This document shows, in pieces, positions 1 to 12,604 of a DNA stretch of 64,000 nucleotides. Source of the DNA: Lama glama (lineage: Eukaryota); the NCBI GenBank assembly GCA_028534125.1, contig CM052817.1, positions 47,742,001 through 47,806,000 of the forward strand, read 5' to 3'. The notes under the pieces are model-generated. The model made no database searches, had not been told where the DNA came from, and saw only the letters and a list, made by a program, of their open reading frames with translations. The translations under genes were made by a program, and so were the position numbers. The stretch's first letter is position 1. Every line of letters begins with the position of its first letter.

Positions 1-565
1 CTAATTAGTGTTTTCATTTTCTTCAGATAAATATCCAGGAGTGGAATTGTTAAATTGCATAATGGTTCTACTTTTAACTTTTTAAGGACTCTTCATACTA
101 TTTTCCAGTGACTACACCAATTGACATTCCCAGCAACAGTGGGTGAGGGTCTCTTTTTCTCACCAACACTTGTTATTTGTTGTCTTTTTTTAATAATAAC
201 CATTCTGACAGACGTGAGGTGGTATCTAATGATGGGTTTTGATTTGCATTTTCCTGATGATTAGTGACGTTGAGCATGTTTTCATGTGTCTGTTGGCCAT
301 TTATATGTCTTCTTTGGAGAAACGTCTATCAGATCCTCTATCTCCTGTTTTAATTGGGTTTTTTTTTTTAATGTTGAGTTGTGTGAGTTCTTTGTGTATT
401 TTGGATATTAACCCCATACTGGATATATAATTTTCAAACATCCTCTATTAAGTAGGCAGCCTTTTCATTTTATTGATGGTTTCCTTCACTGTGCAAAAGG
501 TTTTTAGTTTGATGTAGTCCCATTTGTTTATTTTTGCTTTTGTTACCCTTGCCTAAGGAGACATA
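1..565 (-). mobile_element. LINE-1 fragment (ORF2 3' end region), running off the window edge
   Basis: Antisense L1 text such as 'tttgatttgcattttcctgatgattagtgacgttgagcat' and 'tttagtttgatgtagtcccatttgtttatttttgcttttgtt'. Confidence 0.92.
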
Positions 566-639
566 TTAATCAGAGTCTATGAGAGTTCTAACAGATACAA
601 GAGTCTAAACCCATCCTACTTAAAGGTTGATTGGTTCAT

Positions 640-1292
640 AAAGAAATAATGAGCTGTGCAGAATGTAAATCATCTACATCCTTAAGCACATTGTTTTTAC
701 CTAGCAAGACTTTCTTGATGAACCAAGCAATGTGCCAATTTATATCCTAGTGCAAGCTCCTTATAATATTGAAAACAGGAACAACCAGCAGTGGACTGGC
801 TACTTACAATAGCACAGTTCCAAACAGTTCCAAACTCTGAATAAATTTTGAAATACTGCTTTTGTAATCTGTTCTTCCATTTTAGTGCTATTCAAGCTGA
901 TAGCATAATTTCAAGGAATACTGAATAATATACCATAGAAAATCCTAGGATTTTTTTTTCTGATAAATTTGACAAGTTTTACTCTCTTTCATTGCACTTT
1001 CTGTGGCTAGCAATCTTTCTGTACACAGTAATTTTTCATTTCTCTGCATCAGAGAATAATTTTTGAAGACATTTCAAGTACAAAGTAGAGTTTCACATTT
1101 AAGAAAAATAATACAGAAACTTAATACAAACAACTAAGATGATAATTGTATCACACTATGCAAACAATGAAAATTATGTCACAATGAACTCCTCTGCCAA
1201 GTGTCAGATGCTTTTCTTTAATATCAAAGGATATGACCTTGTATCAGAAATTTAAAAATGGAAAAGTTGTGTCCTAAAGTTGAGTCAATATA
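640..1292 (-). mobile_element. Ancient Tc2/Kanga-like DNA transposon relic (5' end and transposase start)
   Basis: End 'tcagaaatttaaaaatggaaaagttgtgtcctaaagttgagtcaata' resembles the recalled Kanga terminus (…aaaatgtgcgtcttagaatcgatgaaatacgg). The minus strand reads ATGTCTTCAAAA (MSSK) near 1072. Highly decayed. Confidence 0.55.
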
Positions 1293-2039
1293 ATTATGTT
1301 GTTCAAAAGTTTTGCCCAAGCAGTTCAAGGAAAACTTCATGATTTTAGATTCCTAGTTTCCTTATTTAATTGTAGTCCTTTAGGTCTTCAATATTATAAG
1401 CACAGTTGGAAAATTCAATATGAATATTTAAATATAAAATGTTGGCCATATCACCAGAACTCCTAGAATCTAAACATCTGTGTGGACGAAAGGAGTATTG
1501 CTTTGATAAAGTGCTCTCTCAAAATGGGATTAAAGAACAGTTGAAGAATATGATATAATTCTAGAGAAATACAATTTTCCCCCCAAATTATATTTATGAT
1601 TGATTTCAAAATAAGATTATTAGTTCCACATTGAGATAAGCACTTCATAAGCTATGTTGAACATCAATTTCTTTAATTTTTAATCTTTCAATATGAACAC
1701 CTTTATAAAGTACACCTTAAACAAATTTCTAGACAAAATGATCACCTGCTTGTATGTCACAGCCAAGCCAAACTTTTATAAAAGTCTCAGAATGCTTATG
1801 TTCAGTTTCTGAACTTAATCTTGCCACAAACTAGGAACAAATAATTAGCAGATTGACACCACAGACAGCACTGATTGCTAGTTTGGTAACTTGTTAACCA
1901 AAGAACATTGATGATCCTTACAGAATTTTTTGCTATTATTGCCACATTTATCTTCTGTGTTTCTTGAAAATAAAAATATGAAATAGGCAATGATTCTCTC
2001 CATAGGCATCTGTGAGGTAAACTGTATGGTTCCTTTGTC

Positions 2040-3022
2040 TCAAAAAGCTGTACAGCAAAGGAAACAATCAACACAATAAAAAGGCAACAGAAGGAAATTA
2101 AGTATTAGCAAACCACATATCTAACAAAGGGTCAGTATCAAAAATATAAAGGAACTTTGACATCTCAATAGTTAAAAAATTAATAACTTGATTTTAAAAA
2201 TGGTCACAGGGCTTGAATAGATATTTCTACAAGGAAGACATATAAATAGGCAACAGATAACTGAGAAGATGCTTATCACTAATCATCAGAGAAATGAAAA
2301 TCAAAACCACAATGAGATATTACCTCATACAAGTTAGGACAGTTAGTGTCTAAATAAATAAATAACGTTGGCAAGTATTTGGAGAAATTGGGATGCTTGT
2401 GCATTATTGGTGGGAACACAAAATGGTGCAGTTGCTATGGAAAACTGTATGGAGGGTCCTCAAAAATTAAAAATTGAGCTACTTATATAAGCCAGCGATC
2501 CTACCTCTGGGTATTTATACAAAAGAACTTAAATCAGGATCTCAAAGAGATATTTGGACTCCTGGGTTTATTGAAGCATTGTTTATAATAGTCAAGATAT
2601 GGAAGTGACTTAAATGTCCATAGACGAATGTTTAAGGAAACTGTGGTGCATACACAGAATTCTTCAGCCTTATAAAGAAAGGAAATCGTGTTATATGCAA
2701 CAACATGGATGAAACTTGAGGACATTATGCTAAGTGAGTAAGTCAGTCCCAAAAGAACAAAAACTGCATGATTCCACTTACATGAGGTAGCTAAAGCAGT
2801 CAAACCATAGAAGCATAAAGTACAATGCTGGTTGACAGGGATGAGGGCAGGGGGAAATGGAGAGTTGCTATTCATTGCATATAAAGTTTCGGTTAGACGA
2901 GATGAAAAAGTTCTAGAGATCTGCTGAACAACTTTGTGCTTATAGTTAATACTGTACACTTAAAAGTTTGTTGGGAGGGTATATATATCTCATGTTATTC
3001 CTTTTACCACAATTTGAAAAAT
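2040..3022 (+). mobile_element. 5'-truncated L1 (L1MA9/10-like): ORF2 end plus 3' UTR
   Basis: 'atcaaaaccacaatgagatattacctcatac'; 3' UTR 'ttctagagatctgctgaacaac…tgtacacttaaaa…ttaccacaatttgaaaa'. Confidence 0.88.
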
Positions 3023-3149
3023 AAAACCAATATCAATAATACAAAAAAAAAGATTCAGAATAGAAGGGATGAGAAGGAGACCTGACCTTTAACTCTATCC
3101 TAATCTTTGAATTGGTATTTATCCTTTATGATAAGCAAAAAGTAAAAAG

Positions 3150-6070
3150 AATGTGAAGAACACTGAAAAATCCTTTGAAAAATATACTTCCTATATTTAG
3201 GAAAGTGGAAGAAATTATGAACATGATAAGGCAAGAAATGAAAAAATTTTTTAAAAAGACACGTAGAATTTCGAGAAATAAAATATCAGAAATAAGAAAT
3301 ATTTGGGATTAACAACATATTAGAAAAGAAAAAATAAAAAAATCACTGAATTTGAATGTATAGCAACAGAAACATCCAAAATGCAGCACAATGAGGAAAA
3401 AGAGAAAATGAACGGAGTACAGTGACATGTTTGATAATATCAATCAGAATAATGTATATACAAATGGGGTCCCAGGAGGAGAGAAGGTGAAGGAATAGGA
3501 CAAATATTTGAAAAAATCATCTTTAAAAAATGTTTTAAAAATATTTTTAAAACTTTATGAAAACAATAAACCCACAGACCAAAAAGGGTCAACAAACCCT
3601 AAGCAGAATAAACAAAGGAAATCACATTAAGGCACATCGCAAATTGCTGGAAAATAAAAATTCAAACATCTTAAAAGCAGCCAAAGGAAAACAAAACTAG
3701 GTGCAGAGAAACAAACATAAGGAGGACAATACAATGTCTCATCTTACTTTCATGAGCAATGCTATCAAATAGTTGGATCTAACTGATAATCAAAGAACGC
3801 TCAATCTAACAAGAGTAGACACATCATTTTCAACCACAGACAAAACATTTACTAGGATAAAACACGTAAGCCATAAAATAATTCTCAATCAATCTCAAAG
3901 TACTGAATTATAAAGTGATTGTCTTAAACACAACAGAATGAAACCAGAAATCAATTTTTAAAGGTATTTGGAAAATACCCCAATATTTAGACAACAACAA
4001 CAACAACAACAAAAATACCGCAAATCCACAGGCCAAAAAAGAAATCAGAGTAGAAAATAAAATATATTTTAGACAGACTGAAGTATTTTTCTAACAAAAG
4101 TTAGTTGGCAGATGCTTCAAAAGCAGTTTTCAGAGAATAAATTATTGCATTAAGTGCTTATATTATTAGAAAAGAAGAAAGATCTAAAAATCAGTGGTAA
4201 ATGCTTAAAAACCAAAGTGAGCAGAAGAAAGAAAACAGGAGCAGTAACTGATGAAATTTAAAAGACAGGAAAAATAGAGCAACTCAAATCAAATGCTGGC
4301 TCGTAAAGATCAATAAAATTCGTAATCTTCTGATCAGAGTGATAAGGAAAAAGAGAGAAGACAAAAATCACCAATATCAAGAATGAGAGAGGTGACATCA
4401 CTAAACATTCCACAGATGTTAAACATGTAGAGAAATTATTATGAAAAACTTTATGCCAAAAAATGACAGTCAGATGAAATGGGAAAATTTTTAGAAAGAC
4501 ATAAATTACCAAGGAGATACAAATAACCTGAATAGTCCTATATCTCTAATAGAAATTAAATTTCTACTTAGAAACATCGAACAAAGAAAACTTCAGATGA
4601 CTTCACTTGTGAATTCCAAACATTTAAGAAAGTGATACCAAGTCTACAAAAACTCTTCCAAAATATTAGGAGGTGGTATTACTTCCCAACTCATTCTATG
4701 AGGCAAGCTTTAATAATTAGACAAGAAAAGAATAAAGTAGTATCTATCATGCCCATAAATGCAAAAATGTTTTAAAATGTTTAGCAAGTCCAATCCATCA
4801 ATACATAGAGTAATACATCCAAATGCCTATATGGGGTTTATCTGAGGAATGGCTTAACAATGAAAATTAACGTAGTTTGCCATATAAACAAATTTTAAAA
4901 GAAAACCACATTATCATCTTAACAGAAGAAAAGGCATTTGACAAAATCCATTACCCATTCCTGACTTAAAAAATTCCTCAGCACACTAAGAATGCAAAGG
5001 AAGTTTCTCAACATAAAAAACTGTCATTTAATGTTAACAGTTAATGTTATCTATTGAATGTTTGCCTCCCAATGTCAGGAACATGGCAAGTTTTTTCAAC
5101 ATTCTATTGGAAGATCTCACCAGTACAATCAGGCAAGACAAAGCGGAGGAAAAAAAAGATATAGTGAGAAGAAAAAAAGTAAACTCTGCACAGATAATGT
5201 GATTGTACATATACAAAGTCCAGTGGAATCTATAAATAAGCTACTAAAGCTAATTAGCATGTTTACAAGGTATTAAGTAGTTACACACAAAAATCCATTT
5301 CCACACACCACTACTAAATTGGAAATTGAAATTTGAAAAATATCATCTACAATAATGTCAAGAAATATGAAACACTTCGGAATAAATCTGATAAAGGTAC
5401 ATAATATATGCACAACGAAAACCACAAAACGTTGTTTAAAAAGAAATTTCAAAATATTCAGATAGAGAAATAAATTCCATTCATGAGTCAGTAATGTGAA
5501 AATGTACTTTACCTAAATTTATTTACAGAATCAACTCTATCCTAATAAAAAATCCTAACAAGTACTTTTTTGGTAGAAAACAAGTTGATTCTAAAATTCA
5601 AATGGAAATGCAGAGGACCAAATATGACCAAAACGACTCTGATCAAAAAAAGAAAAGTTGGAAGACTAAAGTTATCTGATTTTAATCAAGAAAATGTGGT
5701 ATCAGTGTAAAGACCAACAAGTATATCAACGAAAAAAGAATAAACAAACCCACAAACATATGGCCAACTGATTTGACAAAAGTGCTAAGTAAATTCTGTG
5801 CAGTAATAATATTCTTTTTAACAAATGGTGTTGGAAAAATTAGATATCCACATGCAAAAAAAATGGACTTTGATCCTCAGCACCAAATACAAATAGTAAT
5901 CCACAATATATCATAGACCTACATGTAAAAATGAATCCTTTTAAAAATGTTGTAAGAAAACATATGAGAAAACTTTAGTAACTTTCGCTTGCAAAAGATT
6001 TCTTGGATACAACATCAAAAGCATGACCCATAAAAGAAAAAAAATTGATAAGTTTTATTAGGTTAGAAAA
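3150..6070 (+). mobile_element. Old, heavily decayed L1M (ORF1 remnants plus ORF2 with deletions)
   Basis: ORF1-like 'ggggtcccaggaggagagaag' and 'atcttaaaagcagcca'; ORF2-like 'cttcccaactcattctatgaggc', 'gaaaaggcatttgacaaaatcca', 'caaatggtgttggaaaaattagatatccacatgc'. Confidence 0.85.
3991..4012. repeat. (AAC)n microsatellite
   Basis: acaacaacaacaacaacaacaa. Confidence 0.85.
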
Positions 6071-7149
6071 CTACTTGTTTAATATGACTAAAGTTAAATT
6101 TTATTTTAAATCTGCTCTCTTTAAGATTTCCTTCTGTGAAACAATGCAGCAGACAGCACAGAGGAGGCAAAGTGCATTAAGTAAATGTTTAATCTCTTTT
6201 CTACAATATCAATGTCTAAAGTTCACAAATGATGAAACAGGTTTGCAATATGGTAATCAATAAGCTCTCAGTGAGCCTAAGTTCTCAATTTAATCCTTTT
6301 ACTCTTAACTAAAAATTTCCTAATTACCTCATTCTTTATTGCAAAACCATTCCCATGAGCCTCCCCAGAACTTTGTCCAAGCAGGGTGTATTGAACATCT
6401 GTACGTGTCCCAAGTGCTTTCATTTTCATATACTTTTTACATTCTACACTTATTATGAAAATTAATTTTATGGTCAAGGCACTGGGTTGCACCTTCTACT
6501 CTTATTAGATCAAACTCAGGTTTGTGTTTGTTAGTTCTGCCCTTGTAGTGTTAAGAATGCAAATATTCTGCAGAGTATTCTCCTTATTTTTCTGTTTTCA
6601 TAAGGTCTTGCTAATTTGTCCACATTCCTTGAACTCACTAACTCCACACACTTTAATTATACCAAAATCTTCTTGTTCCACTCCCTTTTCCAATTCTGCT
6701 GCTTCTTCTACTAGCATTTTGATTGGGGCTATAGTCAACTGGCTGCTCAAATCCCAGAGATAAACATATTTAGACTATTGAATGTCCTAGTCCATACACA
6801 TTCCTTCCTTTAAATAGGTCATCTTTCTCTCAAGTAGTAGGAAATTAATGTTTTTAAGATATGTAATAGTGTTGTTTTCTAAGCATTTGTTGCTGACATG
6901 TCAAAATACAGTAGATTTTTTGGACCTATGTCAAGTATCCTTGCTAGACTCATTATAAGAATGAATATATAATAGGTCACATGTAGATGCTTTTTTTAAT
7001 GTACAAAGTTATATGTTTGAACAAGAATAGTTTTATTTTGTCCTTTTTGTATATTACTCCTTTTACTTCTTTTTCCTGTCTTATTGAACTGGTTAGGTCT
7101 TCAGTACTATTACTTAATAGCAAGGGTGATAGCAAGCACTCTTCTCCCA

Positions 7150-9560
7150 TTTTTTTTAGTTGAAGTATGGTTGATTTACAATATTATATTAGTTTCAGGC
7201 ATATGACGACTTAGTGATCCAATGTTTTTATAGATTATCCTCCATTTAAAATTATTGCAGTTTCTTGTTAATTATTTATTCGATACACAGTAGTTTGTAT
7301 CTCTTAATCCTCTACCTCTGTCTGGAGGTATTCCCTCTCTTCCCACGGGTAACCACTAATTTGTTCTCTATATCTGTAAGTCTCTTTCTGCTTTGTTATG
7401 TTTACTCATTTGTTTTATTGTTTTAGATTCCACATATAATTGATAACATACAGTTTTAGTCTTTCTCTGACTTATTTCACTAAGCATAATACCATCTAGA
7501 TCTATCCACCTTGTTGCAAATAGCAGAATACCATTCTTTTTATGGATGGGTAGTAATCCACTCTGTGTGTCTTCAAATTAGTGTGATTCAACAATACCAC
7601 TCTTGAGAATATATCCAAAGAAACCTGAAACACTAATTTGAAAAGATACATGCACCCCAATGTTCACAGCAGCATTATTTACATCTGTATGTCTTCTTTG
7701 GAGAAATGTCTATTCATGTCTTCTGCCTATTTTTTAATTGTTTTTTTTTAAATATTGAATTGTATGAACTGTTTCTGTATTTCGGGTATTAATTCCTTGA
7801 TCACATCATTTTCAAATGTTCTCTTCCATTCAGTAGATTGTCTTTCCATTTTGTCAATGGCTTCCTTTGCTTTGCAAAAGCTTTTAAGTTTAATGAGGTG
7901 CCATTTATTTATTTTTGCTTTTGTTTTCTTGACCTTAGGAGACAGACCCCAAAATTTTTTTTGCTACAATTTATGTCAAGAAGTGTTCTACCTATGTTTT
8001 CTTCTTGAAGTTGTATGGTTTCCAGTCTTACATTTAGACCTTTAATCCACTTTAAGTTTATTTTTGTATATGGTGAGAAAATAGTCTAATTTCATTCTTC
8101 CACAAGTAGCTGTCTAGTGTTCCCAGCATCACTTATTGAAGAGACTGTATTTTCTCCATTGTATGTTCTTGCTTCTTTGTCATAGATTAATTGATGATAA
8201 GTGTATGGGTTTATTTCTGGATTTTCTATCCTGTTCCATTGATCTATGTGTCTTTCTGCCAGTTCCATACTGTTTTGATTACTGTAGCTTTGGAGTACTG
8301 ACTTCAAGTTTTCTTTGAAGCCATGGAATGTGATACTCCCTGCTCTGTTCTTTCTCAAGGTTGTTTTGGCTACTTGGGATCTTTTGGGCTATTTTTTCTA
8401 GTTTTGTGAAAAATGTCATGGATATTTTGATAGGGATTGCATTAAATCTATAGATTGCTTTTGACAGTATGGACATTTTAACAGTATCAATTCTTCCAAT
8501 CCATGAACATGGAATAATTTTCCATTTCTTTATGTCCTCTTCAGTTTCCTTTATCAGTGTTTTACAGTTTTCAGAGTATAGGTCTTTCATTTTCTTGGTT
8601 AAGTTTATTGTTAGGTTTTTTTTTTTTGATGTGATATTATTAAACAGGATTGTTTTCTTGCTTTCACTTTTTGATAGCTTCTGCAGAACAATCAGCTGAT
8701 AGCTTTATGGTGATTCCCTTGTATATGATTCTTTTTCTCTTGCTGCCTTTAGGATTCATTTATATTTAATCTTTAACTTTTGACATTCTAATTATGATAT
8801 GTTGGGGTGTCGGTCTGTCTGTGTTCATCTTGTTTGAGACCCTCTTTGCTTCCTGTACCTGGATATCTCTTTCCTTCTTCAGGTTCAGGAAGTTTTCAGC
8901 CATAATTTCATTTTATATATTTTCTACATCTTTCTGTCTCTTTTCCTTCTGGGATCCCTATAATGAGAATGTTGGAATGTGTGATGTTGCCACGGAGGTC
9001 TCTTAAACTGTTTTCATTTTTTTATAATTTGCTTTTCTTTTTGCTGTTCTGATTGGGTTATTTCAATATTCTGTATTCCAGATCACTTATGCATTGTTCT
9101 GTATCACCCAGTCTGATGTTAATTTCTCCTACTATATTTTTCATTTCAATTATTATATTTCTCAGATATGACTGGATCTTTTTTATGTTTTCTAGTTCCT
9201 TGTTACAATTCTTTCTGTGTTCGTCTCTTCCCCTGCGTCAGTTAGCACTCTTATTACTGATGCTTTGAACTCTTCTGTGGGAAATTATTTCTTTTTTATT
9301 AGTTGTTTTCTCAAGGGTTTTCCCTTGTTCTTTCAATTGAAACAAATTTCTGTTTTCTCATTTTGCTTAAGTTTCTCTGTCTCTATGAAATTAGGTGAAA
9401 CAGTTACCTATTCTGGTCTTGAAGGGGTGTCCTTGTGTAAGTGTCCCTATTCGGTCTGCATGTGCTCAGTGACTTTGATGGGAGAGCTGGATCTGATGTG
9501 ACCATGAGTCACATATTCCCCTATGGTGTGCTGCCAGCTACCACTTTGGTATGTTGTGGG
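7150..9560 (-). mobile_element. Rearranged L1: poly-T/3' UTR, an internal inverted piece, ORF2 C-terminal part, then a jump to ORF1/5' region
   Basis: ORF 8279-8590(-) [12 protein letters not shown]…[13 protein letters not shown]…[13 protein letters not shown] is L1 ORF2. 'cagaacaatcagctgatagc…ttcccttgtat' (~8685) is antisense ORF1. T-tail 'tttttttagttgaagtatggttgatttacaatatt' at 7150. Confidence 0.9.
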
Positions 9561-10649
9561 GCTCTTAGGAGGGTCATGCTCATTTACAAATAAATGATCT
9601 GACTGTATAATGACATACATAATTTCTGATCATAACTAATTGTTCACTACTTTCTCAAGTATGACCCCATCTGACTAAAAATAAACAGAAAATAAAATAT
9701 TCCCATATGCTCAGAAGTGAGGAGAACCAAAGATATTTGGCAGACAGCACTCTTTAGTATAAAAGGGAAGACTTGTTTCCAGCCAGAAAAGAAGTGAAGG
9801 AAATAACAAAAAGTAAATTTCTAACCGATTAATAACTGTGATCTATATTTATGAATGTTTTTGTAAAAATGATCTGCATATGTGATTAAGAGAAAAAAGG
9901 AAGTTAACAACCATTGTGTTATCAATAATTATTTCTGTGACAGAGATATGAATATTTATATTCTTATCTTTATAAGTTTTTTATAATAAATTAGTTTTTA
10001 AAAATAAAATTTAAACACAAAAATAATAAAACTGACACTGAAACAAGTGTTCAGTTTTCTGCATACATCTCCATTTTTCCCTTCATCATACTGACTTTAA
10101 TAAAATTTAACCACTGGGGTGAATGTGGAATAGAAGAAACCCTCAAGCATAATTTAAAAGCAATCAGTGGTTAAGGTAGATAATAAAAAATTCACTTTCA
10201 GTTAAATATTATTCACCATTACACACAAAGAATATTTTAAAGAAAAGTATTTTGCTCTGTTTTAAGTACATAGAAGGCATTTATAACTGAATCTCAATTG
10301 ATATGGCCTCAGGAGAATCATTCAGCATTATGTAATTAATTCATAGTGAAAACTGGTAACTAAAAAGGAATTGAGATGATGTCTTACGTTTGAATGGAAA
10401 TTGAATGTTATCCACCAACTGCTGCTTAATGAGTAGTGAACATTCTTATAGACATTAAAATTTGGATTTACAAATTTGCCAATTAATTATCGATTGAACT
10501 ATAAATAGTGGAAATTTTCACTGACTCAGATGCACTGTCTGTGGGATGATTTTGGAAATTATGTGACAGTTTAATGTATAAACTTCCTAAGAAGAGTCTT
10601 ATTCTGAAATACAGAAACACAGTGCACTAAATTCATAGAAAATTAAGTA

Positions 10650-10885
10650 TAGTTGGCCCTTGAACAAAGCAATGGTTAGGGGTGCCCATCCTCCATGCAG
10701 ATGAAAATCTGAATAAAACTTTACAGTCAGCCCTCCCTCTCTTCAGTTCCTCCATTTCTCCAGTTCCACATCCATGGATTCAACCAATCTGGGATCCTGT
10801 AGTACTGTAGTAGGTGTTTGTTGAAAAAACTCTGCGTGTAAGTAGACCTGCACACTTCAAACCTGTATTGGTTCAAAGGCAACTC
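10650..10885 (+). mobile_element. MER8/Tigger2-type MITE
   Basis: TIRs 'tagttggcccttgaacaa' and 'ttggttcaaaggcaactc', TA on both flanks, internal 'tttacagtcagccctcc…ggattcaaccaa…gtagtactgtagta'. Confidence 0.88.
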
Positions 10886-11587
10886 TACCTCTTTAATTTT
10901 GTAAGGAAAATATTAATTTGTTCCTTCTACACTCATCTTGTTTTATTCAACTTTCACATTAACATTAATATCTGCACCCCTGACAAAGATTTCCAAATAT
11001 CCATCTGATGAAATAAAAATTCACATTATAAGGCAAGACAAGAAAAATTTAAAGATAAAACTTTGTCTCTGCTCATTGGCCTCCTCCCCGTGCCCTCTAG
11101 TGTGCATCGTGCTTCTGCATTTTGTGTTAAGCAGAACTCCTCAAAGGCAGCAATACCTGCTCAACCATAAGGATCAATTTTCTTCTTCTGTCACTCCTTA
11201 GAGATAGCATTCCTTTCTCAATCCTCTAAGAAGTCACGGTGACCCACCAGTCAACTTTCACAATGCAGACATCTTTGGCTAACTTTATGTAAAATGACAA
11301 TATATCATTTCCCTTTAAGATAGCAATTGGTAAAGAACAAACTCATCAGATGACCTGCGGAGGTACTGGGCCATACCTAATGGAAATTCTTAGCTTAAAT
11401 ACTTAAGACTTTATTAATGTTACTGGGTATATTTCTTATATTCTACCTATTTTATAAGATTATTGTTTCCTGCATTACCAAATGTGTGACTGAGCTGCAA
11501 ATAAAATGAATAATAATCAGGTGACTTGAAACAACTGACCAAATATATAGTCCTATAAGATCAATGATTTTAATAGTGTAACTCTAG

Positions 11588-12282
11588 TCATGGGAAGAAG
11601 CAGCAAGAGGGAACCATTTCCTGGACTATAACAGACTGGGGGGTCCGGGGGCTTTTGGCTACTGTTAACAGGGCCTCATCCAATAATAGCATATTGAGCG
11701 GTCTATCAACAAAATCCTTGTCTGATCTGGGAATGAGCATTCCTAGTACTGTGGGATAAACTGGCCACAAAATGCCTCCCAAACCATGGCCAAAACTAAG
11801 ACCATAAGGTAAGGGGCTGTAGAATAAAGTGTTGTCCACTAATCAGTTCTGTAAGAATCAAGTCACTAGCCACTGCAGTCACTGACCTACAGGACACCCT
11901 GAAAGGAACTCAGGGCAGTGATCAGGATGAAGCACTCTGTGCTCTGAGAAAACTGGCAAACAGAATTTCAGAGAGATTTCTCAGGAGATATTTTTTGTGA
12001 ACCTGGATTCTTACATCTTCCCATACTTAGAAAAGCACTAAAAACATTAATTAAGATGTCTGTTCCTCATGACTAGCAGGAACCTTCTAGCCAGGTGTGT
12101 GCTTAATTGCACATACCCCCTTCACCGAAATCACATGGATACTGGCCTCCCCCTTTACCTCTTCACACAGTTCTCAGAGCTCTCTGAAACACTGCCTCCA
12201 AGGTTATAACCCTCAGTTTAGCTCAAATAAAAATTTCCATTTCTTTCTTAGATTGACTATTGATTAATTCTTTTCATCAACA
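11588..12282 (+). mobile_element. ERV1-class solo LTR
   Basis: GC-richer island with LTR-type text 'aagaatcaagtcactagccactgcagtcactgacctac…caccctgaaagg'; AATAAA at ~12226; ends '…catcaaca'. 5' boundary uncertain. Confidence 0.75.
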
Positions 12283-12378
12283 CATCTAACCTTTTGGTAA
12301 AACCAGCTGGACCTAAAGTCAGTTAAATCAGTAAGACAGGTCTTAGCCTCTTAAGTTCCTTGAATTATTATTTTGTGA

Positions 12379-12413
12379 TGTGTGTATATATGTGTGTATG
12401 TGTGTGTGTGTGT
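12379..12413. repeat. Imperfect (TG/TA)n microsatellite
   Basis: tgtgtgtatatatgtgtgtatgtgtgtgtgtgtgt. Confidence 0.8.
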
Positions 12414-12604
12414 AATGAGAGAATTTGAGTTTACTTATGAGACTGGAATTTTCACTACTGTTTGGAAGTGCATGGACTTTCCTACTTACAGTCTCCATGA
12501 CTATATCAAACAGATTTGGATTCAAGTCCTCTATACCTTACAAGCTAGAAAAAGTAACTTCACCTCTTAAGTTCCTGTATGGGAGAAAGAGCCAATCTGC
12601 TTCA

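Noticed and set aside
8279..8590. 103 aa ORF as a host gene CDS (likewise 13688-13909 and 43212-43544)
   Set aside because: These are L1 ORF2 remnants bounded by stops and frameshifts, not genes.
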